From Dehalococcoidales bacterium (GTDB lineage Bacteria; Chloroflexota; Dehalococcoidia; Dehalococcoidales; RBG-16-60-22), in NCBI GenBank assembly GCA_034430375.1, contig DAOUER010000075.1, positions 2,027 through 66,026 on the forward strand: a DNA stretch of 64,000 nucleotides, read 5' to 3'. The translations under genes were made by a program, and so were the position numbers. Each line of letters opens with the position of its first letter. The first letter of the stretch is position 1. The notes under the pieces were generated by a model. That model was not told the origin of the DNA. It made no database searches and saw only the letters and a program-made list of their open reading frames with translations. Positions 61,418 through 64,000 of this stretch are shown piece by piece.

Positions 61418-61801
61418 TGCGTTTCCCCTATCTAATGCCCGTGATTATGCACCGGGCTTTCCCCCGAACCGGGGGTCTGTTCGACGGTCTGTCAGCATCC
61501 CGGCTCGCCCGGATGGCCGCAACAACTTTGCCGTTTCGTTATTTTTATCCAATTGTTACGAAAAAGCAGGTATATTTTTCTCGGCAGCGGCATCGGGGCC
61601 GACATATTGGTAAAAAAGGACCATAACGGCATCAGGATTACTCTCCCCTCCGATATTCCCTGTATTTATTATAATACATGCCGCGGCAACTCTCTAGAAT
61701 ATGCAGGATATATACACCCGAGTTTTCAAATTTAGCATACTTCCCCGTATATTCCCAATATTTACAGGCAAACCGGAGAAATAGTAAAATACGGGAACGC
61801 C

Positions 61802-62242
61802 ATGCTCATTCATGAAGATGTCCCGCGGTACGATTCCTGGCTGAAACCATTTATCAGTGGCTTTATAATGTTCACCATGATGCTGGGGCTTATCTTTCTG
61901 CTGTTTATTACCGAACTGGCCATCGCCATGTTTGCGATTTCGGCATTGGATGGCCTGCTTTTCTGGGCTATCATCCCCCGCGGCTTCCAGATTTACGAGG
62001 ATCGGCTGAGAATCCGGCTGGGCTGGCCTTTCGCCATGAATATACCGCTCCGGAATATAGATAAAGCCAGACCGGGTTCGTCCGGCGACCTGTGGTTCTA
62101 CTGGGGCATCAGGTTCGGCACCTCGACCTCAAACATCGTGGAAATACTACGGAACAAGGGGATGAACGTTATTATTACGCCGGATAATTCAGAAAGATTC
62201 ATAGACCAGCTTAATCAAGCCATCGAACGAGCTTCACTCTGA
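61802..62242 (+). CDS. membrane protein with two N-terminal TM helices and a bacterial PH-like domain
   Basis: Hydrophobic aa 15-65, then YEDRLRIRLGWPF...IPLRNI resembling bPH/DUF304-type domains. Weak recognition. Confidence 0.45.
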   Translation: MLIHEDVPRYDSWLKPFISGFIMFTMMLGLIFLLFITELAIAMFAISALDGLLFWAIIPRGFQIYEDRLRIRLGWPFAMNIPLRNIDKARPGSSGDLWFYWGIRFGTSTSNIVEILRNKGMNVIITPDNSERFIDQLNQAIERASL

Positions 62243-62318
62243 ACACAACGTAGTACAAGCCTTTTTACACTCACCACCATCGTAATATGTGATAAATGTC
62301 GCATACAATCCTTAATAA

Positions 62319-62337
62319 CAACTATATAATATAGTTG
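62319..62337. promoter_or_regulatory. perfect 19 bp palindrome overlapping a TATAAT upstream of hsp20 (candidate operator)
   Basis: CAACTATAT-A-ATATAGTTG. TATAAT at 62325-62330. 34 nt upstream of the hsp20 ATG. Confidence 0.45.
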
Positions 62338-62370
62338 ATAACGAATTGTTAAAGTTTAAGGAGGTTCATT

Positions 62371-62820
62371 ATGGTAGCACTAATAAGAAGAAGCCCGAAT
62401 GGAGTTTACGCGGTAAGGCCTTTTTTCCGCAGGTTCAACCTGCTTGACGAGGTGGAAGAAATGGCGAAGAGAGCCTGGGATACCAGCCTGACACCCCGGG
62501 TTGACATGTACGAAGAGGACAATCAGGTAATCGTCAAGGCGGAATTACCCGATATCAAGAAAAAGGATATCGAGATCAGCCTAGAAGATGACGTACTGAC
62601 CATCAAGGCGGAGAAGAAGGAAGAGACCGAGGAAGGCGAAAAAGGCACCACCCACTACACACGGGAAAGGCGTTTCGGAAGGTACGTACGTTCGATGACC
62701 CTGCCGGGTCTTGTAGACGCCGAGAATATTACCGCCACCTTGAAGAAAGGCTTACTCGAGATTAAACTCCCCCGGGCGGAAGAACCGGAAGCCAAGCAAA
62801 TTGATATCGAAGTAAAGTAA
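62371..62820 (+). CDS. Hsp20/alpha-crystallin family small heat-shock protein
   Basis: Alpha-crystallin domain (VDMYEEDNQVIVKAELPDIKKKDIEISLEDDVLTIKAEKK...GLLEIKLPR). GGAGG SD. Confidence 0.92.
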   Translation: MVALIRRSPNGVYAVRPFFRRFNLLDEVEEMAKRAWDTSLTPRVDMYEEDNQVIVKAELPDIKKKDIEISLEDDVLTIKAEKKEETEEGEKGTTHYTRERRFGRYVRSMTLPGLVDAENITATLKKGLLEIKLPRAEEPEAKQIDIEVK

Positions 62821-62840
62821 GCGGACGTGGGGTAGAGGAC

Positions 62841-62872
62841 AGAGACCGGGAATAAATCCCGGTCTCTTTTTT
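62841..62872 (+). terminator. intrinsic terminator after hsp20
   Basis: 10 bp stem AGAGACCGGG / CCCGGTCTCT with a 7 nt loop, followed by TTTTTT. Overlaps the 3' end of the convergent ATPase gene. Confidence 0.7.
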
Positions 62873-64000
62873 ATGCGGGTGATGTTTTTTCTTTTCGTTT
62901 GTTTTTCTGCACCGGCTGCCACTTTCCGCGGCTGAACAATCCAGGGAAGAAGTACTTACGGGCTTCCTCGATGATAAAGATACTGCCGCCGGCCAGGAGA
63001 ACGATACCCCACTGGTTCAGGCTGAGAGGAACCGTCCGGAAAGCCTCCTGGAGGAAGGGCACGTAAATCACCGCCATCTGCAAAAGGACGGCTCCGGAAA
63101 CGGAGAGCACCAGCCAGCGATTTCGCAGAATACCTAGTTGAAACACGGTTCGTTCATCGGAGCGGGCGTTAAAAGCCCGGAACCACTCGAAGGTCACCAG
63201 TGTGCAGAAGGTAAGCGTCCGGGCTTCTTCGATGCTCATCCTGGCCTGGGCCCAGTTGAAAATAACAAAGGCAGTCACCCCCATCAGCAAAGACATAAAC
63301 ATTACACGTATCAACATACCGGGATAAATAATTCCCACGCCGGGGTGGCGGGGCGGTTGGTTTAACTCATCGCCGGACTTGGGTTCGAGTCCCAGCGGTA
63401 TCGCCACCGCGGTGTCCGTGAGCAGGTTGTTCCAGATAATCTGGACCGCCAGCAGCGGGGCCTTCCCGATGAAGATAATACCCAGAATCAGGGCCAGCAG
63501 TTCGCCGATATTGGTACTCAGCAAGAAAAATATCACGTTCCTAAGCCGGTTGAAAATAGTCCGGCCTTCGTCAACCGCCGCCACAATCGAGCTGAAATTA
63601 TCATCCGCCAGGGTCATATCGCTGGCCTCCTTGGCGACATCCGAGCCTGTAATACCCATAGCGATGCCGATATTGGCCGTTTTCAGAGCGGGGGCGTCAT
63701 TAACGCCGTCGCCGGTCATGGCCACGATGTGACCGTGGTCTTTCAGGGCATTTACTATCCGCAGTTTCTGAATGGGTTCTATCCGCGCGAAAACCGATAC
63801 GTGTTCAACCCGGCTGGCAAGTTCTTTATCGTCCATCCGGTGCAATTCGGGTCCGGTGATACATTCGCCGGGGGGCAGTTCGAGCTGCCGGGCTATCGAT
63901 TCGGCGGTTATTTTATTATCGCCGGTAATCATTATGACCTTGATACCGGCACGGGTGCAGAGACGTATCGATTCTTTGGCTTCTTCCCGGGGCGGATCGG
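62871..64000 (-). CDS. cation-transporting P-type ATPase, C-terminal portion (5' part lies beyond the window edge)
   Basis: MITGDN and MTGDGVNDAPALK hinge motifs, followed by C-terminal TM helices. The frame stays open upstream of the ORF-track Met to base 64000 (...AGIKVIMITGD). Confidence 0.88.
   Translation of the reverse strand, partial: DPPREEAKESIRLCTRAGIKVIMITGDNKITAESIARQLELPPGECITGPELHRMDDKELASRVEHVSVFARIEPIQKLRIVNALKDHGHIVAMTGDGVNDAPALKTANIGIAMGITGSDVAKEASDMTLADDNFSSIVAAVDEGRTIFNRLRNVIFFLLSTNIGELLALILGIIFIGKAPLLAVQIIWNNLLTDTAVAIPLGLEPKSGDELNQPPRHPGVGIIYPGMLIRVMFMSLLMGVTAFVIFNWAQARMSIEEARTLTFCTLVTFEWFRAFNARSDERTVFQLGILRNRWLVLSVSGAVLLQMAVIYVPFLQEAFRTVPLSLNQWGIVLLAGGSIFIIEEARKYFFPGLFSRGKWQPVQKNKRKEKTSPA

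Noticed and set aside
62281-62370. CIRCE (HrcA) or HAIR (HspR) operators, or a ROSE-type thermometer, upstream of hsp20.
   Set aside because: No match to those consensus sequences. Only the unrelated 19 bp palindrome reported in findings was seen.

Overview
This 64 kb window is mostly core housekeeping genome, tightly packed, with many 4-17 nt start/stop overlaps. Gene content and order suggest a Chloroflexota/Dehalococcoidia-like anaerobe, but that is a low-confidence guess I cannot verify. Left to right: (1) MBL hydrolase, Mut7-C/PIN-like RNase, nitroreductase, then nnr-coaX-coaC-coaB, a YpeA-like GNAT, two paralogous small membrane proteins, valS and a universal stress protein. (2) A minus-strand prs-DUF2007-secA block, followed by a PolX-like HhH mini-ORF and a 254 aa hypothetical. 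(3) A promoter-driven, membrane-anchored coiled-coil protein with a duplicated C-terminal domain, then cysK and glyA. (4) pyrG, a transaldolase/FSA-family gene, rho and a small hypothetical. (5) On the minus strand, a complete aromatic amino-acid operon (aroF-aroB-aroD-aroE-aroK-aroA-aroC-pheA-small ORF-tyrA), followed by an ECF sigma factor fused to a bifunctional-nuclease (DUF151) domain. (6) The str/S10/spc/alpha ribosomal super-operon, from rpsL to rplQ, then truA-rplM-rpsI. There is no tuf, and uS3 carries a roughly 200 aa low-complexity tail. (7) PGI/PMI, PGM/PMM, a 2TM protein, an AT-rich orphan HEPN gene, metK, ahcY, a GGCT-like gene, a PH-like membrane protein, hsp20, and the 3' part of a P-type ATPase. 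I recognised no rRNA, tRNA, CRISPR array, transposase or integrase. The items most worth a second look are: a 28-codon Tyr/Phe/Trp-rich leader ORF overlapping a mutually exclusive antiterminator/terminator in front of the aromatic operon; the sigma-BFN fusion; the AT-rich Rx4H HEPN gene next to a cluster of G-tract/C-tract hairpin repeats that recur at four or more intergenic sites, including inside the S10 operon; two genes whose conserved N-termini lie upstream of any ATG/GTG/TTG (candidate ATA/ATT starts); and a PolX 8-kDa-domain ORF broken at an A6 run. All calls come from reading the sequence and from family motifs recalled from memory. No searches or computations were run.
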